Assembly: GCA_027036735.1 (NCBI GenBank)
Contig: JALWDU010000107.1
Span: forward strand, 1,037-65,036
DNA: 64,000 nt
Origin: Aquificales bacterium
GTDB lineage: Bacteria > Aquificota > Aquificia > Aquificales > QOAS01
Direction of reading: 5' to 3'
How positions within the stretch are numbered: the first letter of the stretch is position 1; each line of letters begins with the position of its first letter. The position numbers and the translations under genes are program-made. Below, in pieces: positions 26,981 through 37,242 of this stretch. Under the pieces are notes generated by a model. That model was not told the DNA's origin. It ran no database searches and saw only the letters and a program-made list of their open reading frames with translations.

Positions 26981-27017
26981 CCCGCGCGAAGCGCGGGCTT
27001 TAAACTTTGTTTTTTTA
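26981..27017 (+). promoter_or_regulatory. GC hairpin + T-run in the gltX 5' region (terminator-like leader element)
   Basis: CCCGCGC-GAA-GCGCGGG (26981-26997) followed by CTTTAAACTTTGTTTTTTTAT. It lies between divergent infA and gltX, so there is no upstream + strand gene for it to terminate. Confidence 0.3.
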
Positions 27018-27084
27018 TAAACGCGCTTAGGTACCTGTATTTAAGCGGTTCTCCACGGTGGAAGGATAATAAAAAATCTCCGAG

Positions 27085-28581
27085 ATGGGAAAGGAAGTTA
27101 GAACACGCTTTGCGCCTTCGCCCACCGGGTGGCTTCACTTGGGGAATGCGAGGACGGCGATATTCAACTACCTCTTTGCCCGCCACCACGGGGGAGACCT
27201 CATTTTGAGAATCGAGGACACCGACAGGGAGAGGTCTAAAAGGGAATACGAAGAGGCTATTATCGAAGACCTCAAGTGGCTCGGTATAGAGTGGGACGAG
27301 GGACCCGATATAGGAGGCGAGCATGCCCCCTACAGGCAGAGCGAGAGGTTCGACATTTACAAGAAATACGTTGACGAACTGCTCGAAAAGGGCTACGCCT
27401 ACAGGTGCTTTTGCACCCCCGAGGAGCTGGAGGCGGAAAGGGAAAAAGCCAAAAAGGAGGGAAGACCCTACCGCTACAGCGGAAAGTGTAGGAATTTAAC
27501 CCCCGAGCAGGTTGAGGAATACATAAAACAGGGAAAACCCTATGTGGTGAGGTTCAGGGTTCCCGACGGAAGGGAGATAGTTTTCAACGACCTCATAAAG
27601 GGTGAGGTTAAGTTTAACGTCAACGATTTTGGGGATTTTGTTATCGTCCGTTCCGACGGAAGTCCCGTTTACAACTTCGTTGTGGTGGTCGATGACGCCC
27701 TAATGGAAATAACCCATGTCATCAGGGGGGAAGACCACCTTTCGAACACCCCCAAGCAGATACTGATATACGAGGCGTTGGGCTTCCCCATTCCGAAGTT
27801 CGCGCACCTTCCGATAATCCTCGGTGAGGATAGGAGTAAGCTATCCAAAAGGCACGGGGCTGTATCGGTAAGGCAATACCGCTTCGACGGGTATCTGCCC
27901 GAGGCACTGCTGAACTTCCTCTCGCTCCTCGGTTGGTATCCCAAGGACGGAAAGGAAATCCTATCCAAAGAGGAACTTATCGAACGCTTCGACATATCCG
28001 ACATACACAACGCGCCGGCGGTCTTCAATAAGGAAAAGCTCTACTGGATGAACGGCGTCTATATTAGGGAGGTTTTAGACCTCGACGACCTCACAAGGAG
28101 GGTTCTCGACTACCTGAAACAATATAGGGAATATTTAGACAAAAAAGACCAAAAAGTGGCTGAAATTATCCTCTCCAAACCCTACGAGTTTGTCAGAGAT
28201 GTGGTTTCCAAGGTGAGGGATAGTTTCTTCACCCTAAAGGAGTTTCCCAAAAGGGCTAAACCCTTCTTTGTGGAGGAGTTCGAACTTACCCCCGACGCGG
28301 AAAAGCACATTCAAAAGGTTACCCCCGAGGTTGCAAAACAGATAGTTTCCCTCTACCTGGAAAAGGTTAAATCTATGGAGACCTTCGGGGGTGAGGATTT
28401 CAAAAAGGTCGCAAAAGAGGTTGCCAAGGAACTAAAACTCAAACCGGGTATGGTATTCAAAACCTTGAGGGTAGCCCTTACGGGTGAAACCCAAGGGGTT
28501 AGCCTCGACCTACTCGTCGACGCCATAGGGAAGGAGGCGGTCGAAAGGCGTTTAGAGCGCTTCCTAAGCCTCTTAAAATAA
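27085..28581 (+). CDS. gltX: Glutamate--tRNA ligase
   Basis: Class I motifs: HLGNARTA for HIGH (PSPTGWLHLGNARTA) and KLSKRHG for KMSKS. Confidence 0.9.
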   Translation: MGKEVRTRFAPSPTGWLHLGNARTAIFNYLFARHHGGDLILRIEDTDRERSKREYEEAIIEDLKWLGIEWDEGPDIGGEHAPYRQSERFDIYKKYVDELLEKGYAYRCFCTPEELEAEREKAKKEGRPYRYSGKCRNLTPEQVEEYIKQGKPYVVRFRVPDGREIVFNDLIKGEVKFNVNDFGDFVIVRSDGSPVYNFVVVVDDALMEITHVIRGEDHLSNTPKQILIYEALGFPIPKFAHLPIILGEDRSKLSKRHGAVSVRQYRFDGYLPEALLNFLSLLGWYPKDGKEILSKEELIERFDISDIHNAPAVFNKEKLYWMNGVYIREVLDLDDLTRRVLDYLKQYREYLDKKDQKVAEIILSKPYEFVRDVVSKVRDSFFTLKEFPKRAKPFFVEEFELTPDAEKHIQKVTPEVAKQIVSLYLEKVKSMETFGGEDFKKVAKEVAKELKLKPGMVFKTLRVALTGETQGVSLDLLVDAIGKEAVERRLERFLSLLK

Positions 28582-28591
28582 AACTTCCGCC

Positions 28592-29464
28592 ATGAAGAGA
28601 ATTCTTTTCGGTCTCTCCCTTTTCGCCCTTTCGGGAGCCTTTGCCGCACCCCCGTTGGGTCCCGCCGACGAGAGCGCCTACTGGGTTTTGCACTTCCACG
28701 GGGATTTGAAACCCGTTGCGGTGATATCGACCGATAGCCTCAACTTTGGCGAAATCGAAGTGGGGAACGCCGAGAGGGAGACTGTAAAAATCCTAAACAA
28801 GGGTTACGGAGACCTCGTTATTAAAAAGGTCTACCTAAAGGGCGGGGTTGAGTTCGGAATAAAGAAGACCACCTGCACCAAACCCCTTTCCTTCGGTCAG
28901 AGCTGCGAGATAACGGTCGAGTTCAAACCCGATATGCCGGGAGATTTTTCGGACACCCTTGTGGTGGAGACAAACGACCCGCAAAATCCCACCTTTGAGG
29001 TAAATCTGCGGGGAACCGCCTTGGGTGCCGTTATAGAACTCCCCCAAGAGGAGGAAAATCAAACGCTCCCCGCGGTGGAGAATAAAACCGAAAACCTCCA
29101 ACCGGCGGAGGTAAATAATTCTACCCTCCAAAAGGTGGCGGAGGAAAAGACCAAACCCAAAGAGGTCAGAAAGAAAAAGAACCTAAAAAGGGAAAAGGAA
29201 ACGACCAAATACACCTATTGGGTTGTAAAACCCTGCGACACCCTTTGGGACATATCCGCCGAGGTTTACGGAACCCCCCTGCTTTGGGCGGCTATATACG
29301 AGGCTAACCGGGACAAAATTCGCGACCCCTGGTTTATATCGGTGGGCGAAAAACTGAAAATACCCAAACTCACCCCCGCGGAGCGGGAAAGGTATGAAAA
29401 GGAAAGTATAAAGCTTATGGAGGAGATGGCAGACCGCCCGCTGGGACCCAAATGCCCCTATTAG
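28592..29464 (+). CDS. Secreted LysM domain protein with N-terminal beta-sandwich (DUF1573/ASH-like) domain
   Basis: Signal peptide MKRILFGLSLFALSGAFA. C-terminal LysM YWVVKPCDTLWDISAEVYG...GEKLKIP. Confidence 0.65.
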   Translation: MKRILFGLSLFALSGAFAAPPLGPADESAYWVLHFHGDLKPVAVISTDSLNFGEIEVGNAERETVKILNKGYGDLVIKKVYLKGGVEFGIKKTTCTKPLSFGQSCEITVEFKPDMPGDFSDTLVVETNDPQNPTFEVNLRGTALGAVIELPQEEENQTLPAVENKTENLQPAEVNNSTLQKVAEEKTKPKEVRKKKNLKREKETTKYTYWVVKPCDTLWDISAEVYGTPLLWAAIYEANRDKIRDPWFISVGEKLKIPKLTPAERERYEKESIKLMEEMADRPLGPKCPY

Positions 29465-30306
29465 AGTTCGTCGCTGAAAATCTTCTCCGGAATGGGGACT
29501 TTTATTATTCCCCTTTCGTATCCCAACCTTAGGAGGAGTCTGACCGCTTCCCTTCCGTCCTCCCCGTAGTCGACCGTTCTCTCGTTTACATACATGGAGA
29601 CAAACCTCTCGCTCCGCTCTTTGTCGTCCTCGAGACCCCTTGCAAAGCGTCTCGCGTATTCGAGGGCTTCCTCCTTGTGGGTGAGGGAATAGACGATGCT
29701 CTCCCTCATGAGGTGGGCTATTTTGTCTATAAGTTCCTTTCCAAGGTCTCTCCTAACTATATTGCACCCCAAGGGTAGGGGGAGGTTGTATTTCTCCTTC
29801 CACCACTCGCCGAGGTCGACAAATTTCTTCAGTCCGAAATCCTTGTAGGTCAGTTGTCCCTCGTGAATGACCAGACCGGCGTCGACTTTACCCTCTAACA
29901 CCGCGGGGATTATATCCTCGAAATAGACCTCAACCGGTTCGAAATCGGGTTCGAACAACTTTAGGGTTAGGTATGCGGTAGTCCACTTTCCAGGAATGGC
30001 GATTTTCTTTCCCCTTAGGGTGTCCAAGGGTTCTTTCGATACCACTATGGGACCGTATCCCTCCCCAACGCTTCCCCCCGAGGGTAGAACGACATATTTG
30101 TCCGCCACGTAGGGGTAGGCGTGGAAGGATATGGCGGAGACCTCCCATTTTCCCTCTTTGGCGTCGCGGTTTAGGCTTTCGATATCCTTTAGGACGTGTT
30201 CGAATTTGAGACCTCCGGTGTCTATTTTCTCCGCCACGAGGGGGTAGAACATAAAGGCGTCGTCGCTGTCGGGCGAGTGGGCGACGTGGATAACTCTTCT
30301 CTCCAT
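29461..30306 (-). CDS. MqnA/MqnD family protein (futalosine-pathway menaquinone biosynthesis, SBP-like fold)
   Basis: HSPDSDDAFMFY ... ISFHAYPYVADKY ... GEGYGPIVVS resembles the MqnD (1,4-dihydroxy-6-naphthoate synthase) pattern. Confidence 0.6.
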   Translation of the reverse strand: MERRVIHVAHSPDSDDAFMFYPLVAEKIDTGGLKFEHVLKDIESLNRDAKEGKWEVSAISFHAYPYVADKYVVLPSGGSVGEGYGPIVVSKEPLDTLRGKKIAIPGKWTTAYLTLKLFEPDFEPVEVYFEDIIPAVLEGKVDAGLVIHEGQLTYKDFGLKKFVDLGEWWKEKYNLPLPLGCNIVRRDLGKELIDKIAHLMRESIVYSLTHKEEALEYARRFARGLEDDKERSERFVSMYVNERTVDYGEDGREAVRLLLRLGYERGIIKVPIPEKIFSDEL

Positions 30307-30318
30307 AAGGGGTGGATT

Positions 30319-31356
30319 TTAAGAAAGCCATCTTTTCAATTTCGCTGCGAAATCTTCCTGCAAATATTTTTGCGGTTCGCTGGTCGGCTTACCGATTAAC
30401 CACCCTTGAACCAAATCGGCGTCCAACTCTTTAACCACGCGCAGTTCTTCCTCTTGCTCGATTCCTTCGACCACAACGAGCATATTGTTTGCGTGAGATA
30501 GATTTATTAGATAGCGAGTTATATCCTTCTTAACTTTGTTTTTATGAATATCCCTTATAAAGACCATATCAATTTTGACAATATCCGGGGTTATCTCCAG
30601 AAATCTAAATAGAGAGTCCTCTCCCCTGCCGACGTCGTCCAGCGCAATCTGTATGCCGAGGGAGCGCCAGCGCTTGACCGCCTTCTTCAGCTGTTCCATG
30701 TCGAAACCGGAGTATTCGGTTATTTCGACCACTATTTCGTGGGGGGCTACCCCGTATTTGTCCAGCAGTTCGAAAAGTCGATGGGATGCCTTATCCACAT
30801 CCTGAAGGGAGTCGGGAAAGAAGTTTAAAAAGAGCTTTATGTCGGGGGGAATGCCCGATTCCTTTTTCTTCCTTATGGCGTCCTCTCTGCAAATCCAATC
30901 TATAGTTTCCAAAAGAGGTTTTGCGAAATCTACAAGATAGGAAATGGATATTTTCCCCCTACAAAGGGCTTCAAAACCGTATAGGGAACCTTTTTTAAGG
31001 TCAACTATAGGTTGAAAGACCGTATGAAGACTTTCTATTATTGATTCCTTCTGTAGAAGTAAAAGCTCTTCCAACTCTTTTTCAAAACTTTGCATGCGTG
31101 CCAAACTACGGATTAAGAAATTTTGGTCGTCCAAAAGTTCCGATTTAGGTACATATGAAAGTTTTATTTTTTTTAGGGATGTCTTTGGAAGAGAGGACAA
31201 TTTATCTAAAATATAATATCTATCATCGCTTACCCCCTTGGGGCTTTGGAGGATAAAAACCCCTCCTCCTAGGAAGTCGATAATTACTCCCTTTTTCTTT
31301 AATTCTTCAATAAAGGTATTTCCGTGTAAACCTCCATAATACAACAAAAAGGGCAT
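30319..31356 (-). CDS. EAL domain c-di-GMP phosphodiesterase with unrecognised N-terminal domain
   Basis: FQPIVDL...GFEALCRG, VVEITE, DDVGRG, KID, EGIE and QGW. Confidence 0.75.
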   Translation of the reverse strand: MPFLLYYGGLHGNTFIEELKKKGVIIDFLGGGVFILQSPKGVSDDRYYILDKLSSLPKTSLKKIKLSYVPKSELLDDQNFLIRSLARMQSFEKELEELLLLQKESIIESLHTVFQPIVDLKKGSLYGFEALCRGKISISYLVDFAKPLLETIDWICREDAIRKKKESGIPPDIKLFLNFFPDSLQDVDKASHRLFELLDKYGVAPHEIVVEITEYSGFDMEQLKKAVKRWRSLGIQIALDDVGRGEDSLFRFLEITPDIVKIDMVFIRDIHKNKVKKDITRYLINLSHANNMLVVVEGIEQEEELRVVKELDADLVQGWLIGKPTSEPQKYLQEDFAAKLKRWLS

Positions 31357-31424
31357 TTTTCCTTTCTAATATTTTATTTGAAATGTTGCAAAGTTGCTTT
31401 TTTTGCAAATTTTTTTCACTATTT

Positions 31425-32315
31425 TTAACTTTTTACTTCCGAGGCTATCAACACCCTCGGATTCCCCGCAAAGTCCTCAACAAATCTCACTTTCCACCCC
31501 TCGCGGGTGAAGACCTCCTCCAGCCTCTCCCTCTGGAAGGGTTCGAACTCCAGGGCGATAAACCCCTCGGGGTGGAGGATTTTTTTGCAACTCCGCGCAA
31601 AGTATTCGTGGAATTTCGTTCCGAATTCCCCACCGTAGAGGGCGACCGGATTTTCGTATTTCACCTCCGGTGGGAGCTTTTCCCTATCCCTCTCGGCGAT
31701 ATAGGGCGGATTTGACACCAGAAAGTGGAACTTTTCCCCTTCTTCCACCATTTGGGGGCAGAGTTCGAAGATATCCCCTTGGAGGACTTTCAGCCTGTCG
31801 GCTACCCCGTGGAGGAGGGCGTTTTCGAGGGTATTTTCGACCGCGACGGGGTCTATTTCCACCCCAACCATCTCGAGGTTGGGAAATTCCAACAAAAGAT
31901 TTATAGATATGCACCCGGTTCCAGTCCCGACCTCCAACCCCCGAAGGGGCTTGTCTCCAAACCTCTCACCTATTAGGTCTATAACTGTTTCGACCAGAAG
32001 CTCGGTCGCTCCGCGGGGCGCCAGAACGCGGGGAAAGACCTTAAAAGTCCTCCCCAGACAATCCCACTCCCCTATGAGGTGTTGAACGGGAATGCGCTCC
32101 TCGCAGCGTTTCTTTACGAATTCCTCCAGTTCCCCCAAGAGGTCAAATGGTTTTTCCTCCTCCAAGGGGAGCAGAGAGGGGTGAATTCCCAAAAGGTGGG
32201 CTATGTAAAATATGCAGTCGCTTTTGTAGGTCTCTATACCGCAGTTTTTAAGCCTCTCCTCGCAGAGGTTTAAAGCCTTTTTTACCCTCACTTTGAGTGG
32301 ATAAAGTTTAAACAA
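31425..32315 (-). CDS. prmC: Release factor glutamine-N5 methyltransferase
   Basis: SAM fold GTGTGCI and catalytic NPPY (VSNPPYI). 296 aa. Confidence 0.85.
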   Translation of the reverse strand: MFKLYPLKVRVKKALNLCEERLKNCGIETYKSDCIFYIAHLLGIHPSLLPLEEEKPFDLLGELEEFVKKRCEERIPVQHLIGEWDCLGRTFKVFPRVLAPRGATELLVETVIDLIGERFGDKPLRGLEVGTGTGCISINLLLEFPNLEMVGVEIDPVAVENTLENALLHGVADRLKVLQGDIFELCPQMVEEGEKFHFLVSNPPYIAERDREKLPPEVKYENPVALYGGEFGTKFHEYFARSCKKILHPEGFIALEFEPFQRERLEEVFTREGWKVRFVEDFAGNPRVLIASEVKS

Positions 32316-32524
32316 AACCCGAAAAGGGGAGCGCCGTTTTCCAAACCTTTATTGGTTAACAAATTCTGCAAACCATTTTATGGAAATTCCTCAAAAGTTC
32401 ACAAAACCGGTGGCGGCTTTACAATAACCCTCCCATACCTAAGTTTGGATTAATAACACGAAACCTTTAAAGGGTCGCAGGAAAAAACGACACAATAGGA
32501 GTGGATTGCGGAAAAGGTAAAACT

Positions 32525-33277
32525 TTAAATGGAGCCCTTCCAAGCCTCGTATAACCTCTTAAAGTCTTCCAAATTCAGTTCCTCAACCCTCTTGGTGGGG
32601 TCGACGTTTGCCCTCTCCAAAACCTCTTGGGGGAGTTTCTTGCGGAGCATCTTCCTCCTATCGGAAAAGAGTTTTTCCAAAAACCTCTTGTAGTCGCTTA
32701 GGTCGTAGTCGGGGGCGTCCCCCTTGGGGGTCATTCTTATAACGGCGGAAACCACCTTCGGGGGCGGGTCGAAGAAGCGGGGCGGAACGCTCATAAGATA
32801 CTCGGTGTCGAAAAAGGTGTTTAGGAAAATCCCCAGCCAGGAGGGTTTTCTATGCCGTAGGGTCAGCCTCTCGGCGACCTCCTTTTGGAGCATATAGACC
32901 GCCCTATCGACGCAATCCTTTGAGAGGACGGTATTCAAAACTATCAGAGACCCGACGTTGTAGGGTAAATTTCCGACCAGCTTTAGGTTTTTTCCAAATT
33001 TACAGAAGTCCACCTTGGAGGCGTCGGCGTTTATCACCTCTAATTGGGGATAAACCTTGAATTTCTCCTCCAAGAGGGGTATTAACTCCCTGTCCAATTC
33101 GAGGGTGATAAGTTTTTTCGGTTCCCTCTTTAGGAGCTCTTCGGTCAAGACACCGGTTCCGGGACCTATCTCTATAACTGTGTCTTCGGGGGTTATTTCG
33201 AGCGCGTCGGCTATCCTTTCGACCACCCCCTTGGACTTTAGGAAGTGCTGTCCGAAACGCTTTTTGGGAACGACCAT
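32525..33277 (-). CDS. rsmA: 16S rRNA (adenine1518/1519-N6)-dimethyltransferase
   Basis: KKRFGQHFL N-terminus, EIGPGTGVLT and GNLPYNV, typical of KsgA/RsmA. Confidence 0.9.
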   Translation of the reverse strand: MVVPKKRFGQHFLKSKGVVERIADALEITPEDTVIEIGPGTGVLTEELLKREPKKLITLELDRELIPLLEEKFKVYPQLEVINADASKVDFCKFGKNLKLVGNLPYNVGSLIVLNTVLSKDCVDRAVYMLQKEVAERLTLRHRKPSWLGIFLNTFFDTEYLMSVPPRFFDPPPKVVSAVIRMTPKGDAPDYDLSDYKRFLEKLFSDRRKMLRKKLPQEVLERANVDPTKRVEELNLEDFKRLYEAWKGSI

Positions 33278-33307
33278 CGGCTTAAAAAATTGTGCGAAAG
33301 GGGGAAA

Positions 33308-34747
33308 TTAGCGACCGATACCGTGGAAGGCGGCAATCGCGGCGGCAATTGCGAGCACCTTGTCCTCGAGCGGTTTTTCCTCCTCCAGCTTGAAGGTGGG
33401 GAGCTTCTGCTCGAGGTATTTGGTGGTGAACTTGCCCGCCCTGAAGTCGGGGTCTTGAACTATCGCCTTGTGGAGGGGGATATTTGTCGGGACACCCCTC
33501 ACTATAAACTCGTCGAGCGCCCTTTTTGCCCTGCGAACCGCCTTGTCCCAAGTCCTACCGCGGACTATGAGCTTGGCGACCATAGAGTCGTAATAAGGGG
33601 GGATGATGTAGCCTTTATAGACTGCACCGTCTATACGGACGCCGGGACCCCCGGGGGAGTAGTAGGCGGTTATCTTACCGGGGGAAGGCGCGAAATTCCT
33701 CTTGGGGTCTTCGGCGTTGATACGGAACTCTATCGCGTATCCGCGGAAGAGTATCTCGTGCTGGAGGAAGGGAAGGGGTTTGCCCTCCGCTATCTCTATC
33801 ATCAGCTCGACTATATCCACGCCGGTAATCTCCTCGGTAATGGTGTGTTCGACCTGCAGACGGGTATTCATCTCGATGAAGTAGAAGTTTCCGTGCTTGT
33901 CAACCAGATATTCGATGGTTCCCACGTTTTCGTAGCCGATTTTCTGAATAGCCTTGACCGAAAGACCGAGGAGCTTCTGCCTCACATCGTGGGGCAGATT
34001 GGGAGAGGGCGCGACCTCCACGATTTTTTGGTGCCTCCTCTGTATGGAGCAATCCCTCTCGCCGAGGTGTATAACGTTCCCGTATTTGTCGGCGACTATC
34101 TGAACCTCTATGTGTTTGGGATCTTCGATGAACTTCTCGATAAAGAGGTCTCCCTTACCGAAGAAGGTCTCCGCCTCCTTGTAAGCTTGGGGAAACTGCT
34201 CCACCAATTCCTTTTCGTTCCAGCAGACCCTTACACCCCTACCGCCTCCGCCGTAGGCGGCTTTGAGTATTACCGGATAACCTATCTCCTTTGCTATTTG
34301 GCGGGCGGTATCCACGTCGTGAATCGGTTCCGCCACACCGGGAACGACCGGCAGACCGGCTTCCTCCATAGCCCTCTTAGCCTGCACCTTGTCCCCGAAG
34401 AGGCGGATATGCTCCGGCTTGGGACCTACGAATATGAGCCCTTGCCTTATGACGTATTCGGCAAAGTCGGCGTTTTCCGCCAAAAAGCCATAACCGGGGT
34501 GTATGGCGTCCGCCCGCGCTATCTTCGCTATATCGACAATTTTGTGGTAGTCCAAATACGCCCTTATCGGGTCTCCCGGTATCAGGTAAGCCTCGTCCGC
34601 CTTTTTAACGTGGAGGGAGTTGGCGTCCGCCTCCGAATAAATAGCCACCGTCTCTATACCGAGTTCTTTGCAAGCCCTTATTATCCTCGTTGCCACCTCA
34701 CCGCGGTTGGCTATCAGCAGTTTTTTTATCTTTTTCTCCTTCACCAT
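33308..34747 (-). CDS. Biotin carboxylase subunit (AccC-type; the length suggests the pyruvate/2-oxoglutarate carboxylase small-subunit type)
   Basis: KLLIANRGEVATRIIRA, the ATP-grasp GGGGRG loop and EMNTRLQVEH. At 479 aa it has a C-terminal extension relative to the typical ~450-aa AccC. Confidence 0.85.
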   Translation of the reverse strand: MVKEKKIKKLLIANRGEVATRIIRACKELGIETVAIYSEADANSLHVKKADEAYLIPGDPIRAYLDYHKIVDIAKIARADAIHPGYGFLAENADFAEYVIRQGLIFVGPKPEHIRLFGDKVQAKRAMEEAGLPVVPGVAEPIHDVDTARQIAKEIGYPVILKAAYGGGGRGVRVCWNEKELVEQFPQAYKEAETFFGKGDLFIEKFIEDPKHIEVQIVADKYGNVIHLGERDCSIQRRHQKIVEVAPSPNLPHDVRQKLLGLSVKAIQKIGYENVGTIEYLVDKHGNFYFIEMNTRLQVEHTITEEITGVDIVELMIEIAEGKPLPFLQHEILFRGYAIEFRINAEDPKRNFAPSPGKITAYYSPGGPGVRIDGAVYKGYIIPPYYDSMVAKLIVRGRTWDKAVRRAKRALDEFIVRGVPTNIPLHKAIVQDPDFRAGKFTTKYLEQKLPTFKLEEEKPLEDKVLAIAAAIAAFHGIGR

Positions 34748-34817
34748 TCAAAGAACCTCCGTATGTTGACAATTTTCGTTTGCCACCTAGGGCGCGGATT
34801 TTCTCCTATTTTACCCC

Positions 34818-35531
34818 TTAGGGTTTTTCCACTTTAAAGGGCTCCCCCGAGAGGTCGACCTTTACCTCCCTTAGCCCCAAAAGGGAGTTTGAAATAAAAA
34901 ACCTCTCGCACCCCTTTAGGTCTTCAAGTGTTAGAGGCCTCTCGACGGCTTTTCCCCCTTCGATAAGAACCCTTCGGAGGATACCGGGTAAAAGCCCATC
35001 CTCCACCGGTGGGGTTAGGAGAATTCCCCCTTTTTGGCAGTAGAAGTTCGCCGAAGAGGTTTCGGTTATACGCCCCCTTTCGTTGAGAATGAGGGCGTCG
35101 TAATAACCCCGCGAAGCGGCTTCCCTCTTTACAGAAATATTAAATAGGAAGTTGGTCGTCTTAAAGCGCCACAGGGGGTTTGCCGAGTGCCTCCTAAAGG
35201 GCGAAATTGTCAAAACCAATTCCCCCTTCGGGGGGCTATAGGGTTTTACGACGGCCTCGAGGCGGTAGCCCTTAGCTTCCCCGCCGAAATAACCCTCCCC
35301 CAGGGAGAGGAGTAAAACCTTCACGTAGAGCGTTCCCCCTTTTCCCTCCACCGAACGGAATAGAAACTCTTCAAATTTCCCGTAAGTGGGATAGGGAATT
35401 TTGAAGAATTCCGCCCCTTGCGAGAGCCTTTCGTAATGATACCTCAGGGGGGTTTGAAAATTCCCGTTTTCCCACCTAAGGGTTTCGAAAAGTCCCTCCC
35501 CGAAGTGTTTGAACCTCTCGACCAACCCCAT
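34818..35531 (-). CDS. Class IV aminotransferase-fold protein (aminodeoxychorismate lyase-like)
   Basis: 237 aa with a fold-type IV pattern (GLFETLR, ...ILNERGRITETSSANF..., PGILR). Confidence 0.6.
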   Translation of the reverse strand: MGLVERFKHFGEGLFETLRWENGNFQTPLRYHYERLSQGAEFFKIPYPTYGKFEEFLFRSVEGKGGTLYVKVLLLSLGEGYFGGEAKGYRLEAVVKPYSPPKGELVLTISPFRRHSANPLWRFKTTNFLFNISVKREAASRGYYDALILNERGRITETSSANFYCQKGGILLTPPVEDGLLPGILRRVLIEGGKAVERPLTLEDLKGCERFFISNSLLGLREVKVDLSGEPFKVEKP

Positions 35532-35628
35532 TTGGGGAAAGATTAACCCCTATCCCCCAAGGGGGCGCAAAATTTACATCGCTCCTATCAAAGTCTTTAT
35601 AGTAAGCTTGTTAAATTAATAGTTAGGT

Positions 35629-36783
35629 ATGGCGGTCAAGAAGGACTATTACGAGATATTGGGCGTCCCCAGAAACGCCACGCAGGAAGAGATAAAGAGG
35701 GCATACAGAAAATTGGCGCGGAAATACCACCCCGACATCTGCAAAAAACCGGAGTGCGAGGAGAAGTTTAAGGAGATTAACGAAGCCTATCAGGTGCTCT
35801 CCGACCCGGAAAAGCGTAAGCTCTACGACCGATACGGACACGCCGCCTTTGAGACCGCCACCCCTCCCCAGGGGGGCGCCTCGGAGGGGGAATTCGCCGC
35901 CTTCGGCGGGTTTGAAGACCTCTTTAGGGAGATTTTGGGCGGAAATATCTTTGAAAGGATTTTCGAGGAAGCCGCCTTCGGCGGAAGGAGGAGGTCGCGC
36001 CGCCGCGCCTACCGCCAGCCCGAAAGGGGGGAGGACATCTACCACACCGTAACGATATCCCTCGAGGACGCCTATAAGGGAACGGTGCTAAATATCCCGG
36101 TTGACCGTAGGGTTCGCTGTCCCAAATGCGGCGGCAGGGGAACGGCGAACGAGCGCACCTGTCCCCAGTGCGGCGGAAGTGGTAGGGTGGTTTACCAAAC
36201 CCCCTTTATGGTTGTGGAGGAAACCTGTCCCACCTGTAGGGGAGCGGGGGTTATAGCGGAAGCCTGTCCCGAGTGCGGGGGTTCCGGCTTCGTTATAAAG
36301 CACGAAGAGGTTAAGGTGAGGATTCCCCCCGGTGTCGATAACGGGACAAAGCTCAAAGTGGAGGGCAAGGGACACGAGGGGAGATTCGGGGGTGAGCCGG
36401 GAGACCTCTACATAATAACAAAGGTGGAACCCCACCCGATATTCGAAAGGAGGGGGGACAACCTCTACGTGGATGTGAATATCACCTATCCTGAAGCGGT
36501 TTTGGGCGGAGAGGTAGAGGTTCCCACCCTCGACGGGGATAAGGTGAAGGTTAAAATCCCCGAGGGGACTAAGGAGAACGACACCGTAAGGGTTGAGGGA
36601 AAGGGAATGCCCCGTTTGAGGGGGGGAGGAAAAGGCGACCTCGTGGTGAGGTTTCACATAGATGTTCCCTCCTTCGGTTGGCTTGCAAAACTTACCGGTA
36701 AGGAGAGAAGGATAAGGGAGCTCCTCGAGGAGCTTCAGAAGGAGCTTCCCAAACCGGAGAGGGTTAGGAGGAGGGAGGTTTAA
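35629..36783 (+). CDS. dnaJ: Molecular chaperone DnaJ
   Basis: J domain DYYEILGV...YHPD, a G/F-rich region and four CxxCxGxG zinc motifs. Confidence 0.9.
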   Translation: MAVKKDYYEILGVPRNATQEEIKRAYRKLARKYHPDICKKPECEEKFKEINEAYQVLSDPEKRKLYDRYGHAAFETATPPQGGASEGEFAAFGGFEDLFREILGGNIFERIFEEAAFGGRRRSRRRAYRQPERGEDIYHTVTISLEDAYKGTVLNIPVDRRVRCPKCGGRGTANERTCPQCGGSGRVVYQTPFMVVEETCPTCRGAGVIAEACPECGGSGFVIKHEEVKVRIPPGVDNGTKLKVEGKGHEGRFGGEPGDLYIITKVEPHPIFERRGDNLYVDVNITYPEAVLGGEVEVPTLDGDKVKVKIPEGTKENDTVRVEGKGMPRLRGGGKGDLVVRFHIDVPSFGWLAKLTGKERRIRELLEELQKELPKPERVRRREV

Positions 36784-36786
36784 ACC

Positions 36787-37188
36787 ATGGTGAGGAAGAG
36801 AAAGGGTTTCTACACGATTGGTATGGTTGCCCGTATGTATAACATCCACCCCCAAACCCTTAGACTTTACGAGAGGGAGGGGCTTATAAAGCCTCAGAGG
36901 ACTGCGGGCAACAACCGCCTTTACACCGACGAAGACCTCGAGAGACTCGAATTTATCCTAACCCTTACGAGGGAATTGGGTGTAAACCTGGCGGGGGTGG
37001 AGATAATTCTCCGTATGAAGGAGCAGATGGAGGAGATGCAAAAGCAGATAGAACAGCTGTTGGAGTTTATAGAAAAACAGCTTCAAAACCTCCCGCAGGA
37101 GGAGAGGGGTCTCGTTAAGGTTCCAAAGGCGGTTTCGGTCGTAAAGATTACCGAAATCATTAAAGGGGAAAAGAAAGAGGGGGAATAA
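36787..37188 (+). CDS. hspR: MerR family heat-shock transcriptional regulator (HspR-like)
   Basis: MerR HTH YTIGMVARMYNIHPQTLRLYEREGL. It lies directly downstream of dnaJ, as in hspR operons. Confidence 0.7.
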   Translation: MVRKRKGFYTIGMVARMYNIHPQTLRLYEREGLIKPQRTAGNNRLYTDEDLERLEFILTLTRELGVNLAGVEIILRMKEQMEEMQKQIEQLLEFIEKQLQNLPQEERGLVKVPKAVSVVKITEIIKGEKKEGE

Positions 37189-37242
37189 CCCTTTATTGGG
37201 AAAAGAGGTCTTTTCCTCCCTTCGGTGGAATAATTCTTTTTT

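Noticed and set aside
26939-27084. T-box leader upstream of gltX
   Set aside because: The spacer is only ~145 nt and lacks a specifier-loop/T-box sequence architecture. Only a simple hairpin is present.
32316-32524. 209-bp spacer between prmC and rsmA as an ncRNA gene
   Set aside because: No stable hairpins, conserved RNA signatures or terminator seen by eye. More likely it is promoter/UTR sequence.
33245-34837. 530-aa ORF on the + strand
   Set aside because: It lies entirely antisense to the well-supported biotin carboxylase gene (33308-34747). The translation is low-complexity (Gly/Val/Leu/Arg-rich) with no recognisable motif, so it is a typical shadow ORF.
36088-36855. 255-aa ORF on the - strand
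   Set aside because: Antisense to dnaJ (J domain and four zinc motifs on the + strand), so it is a shadow ORF.
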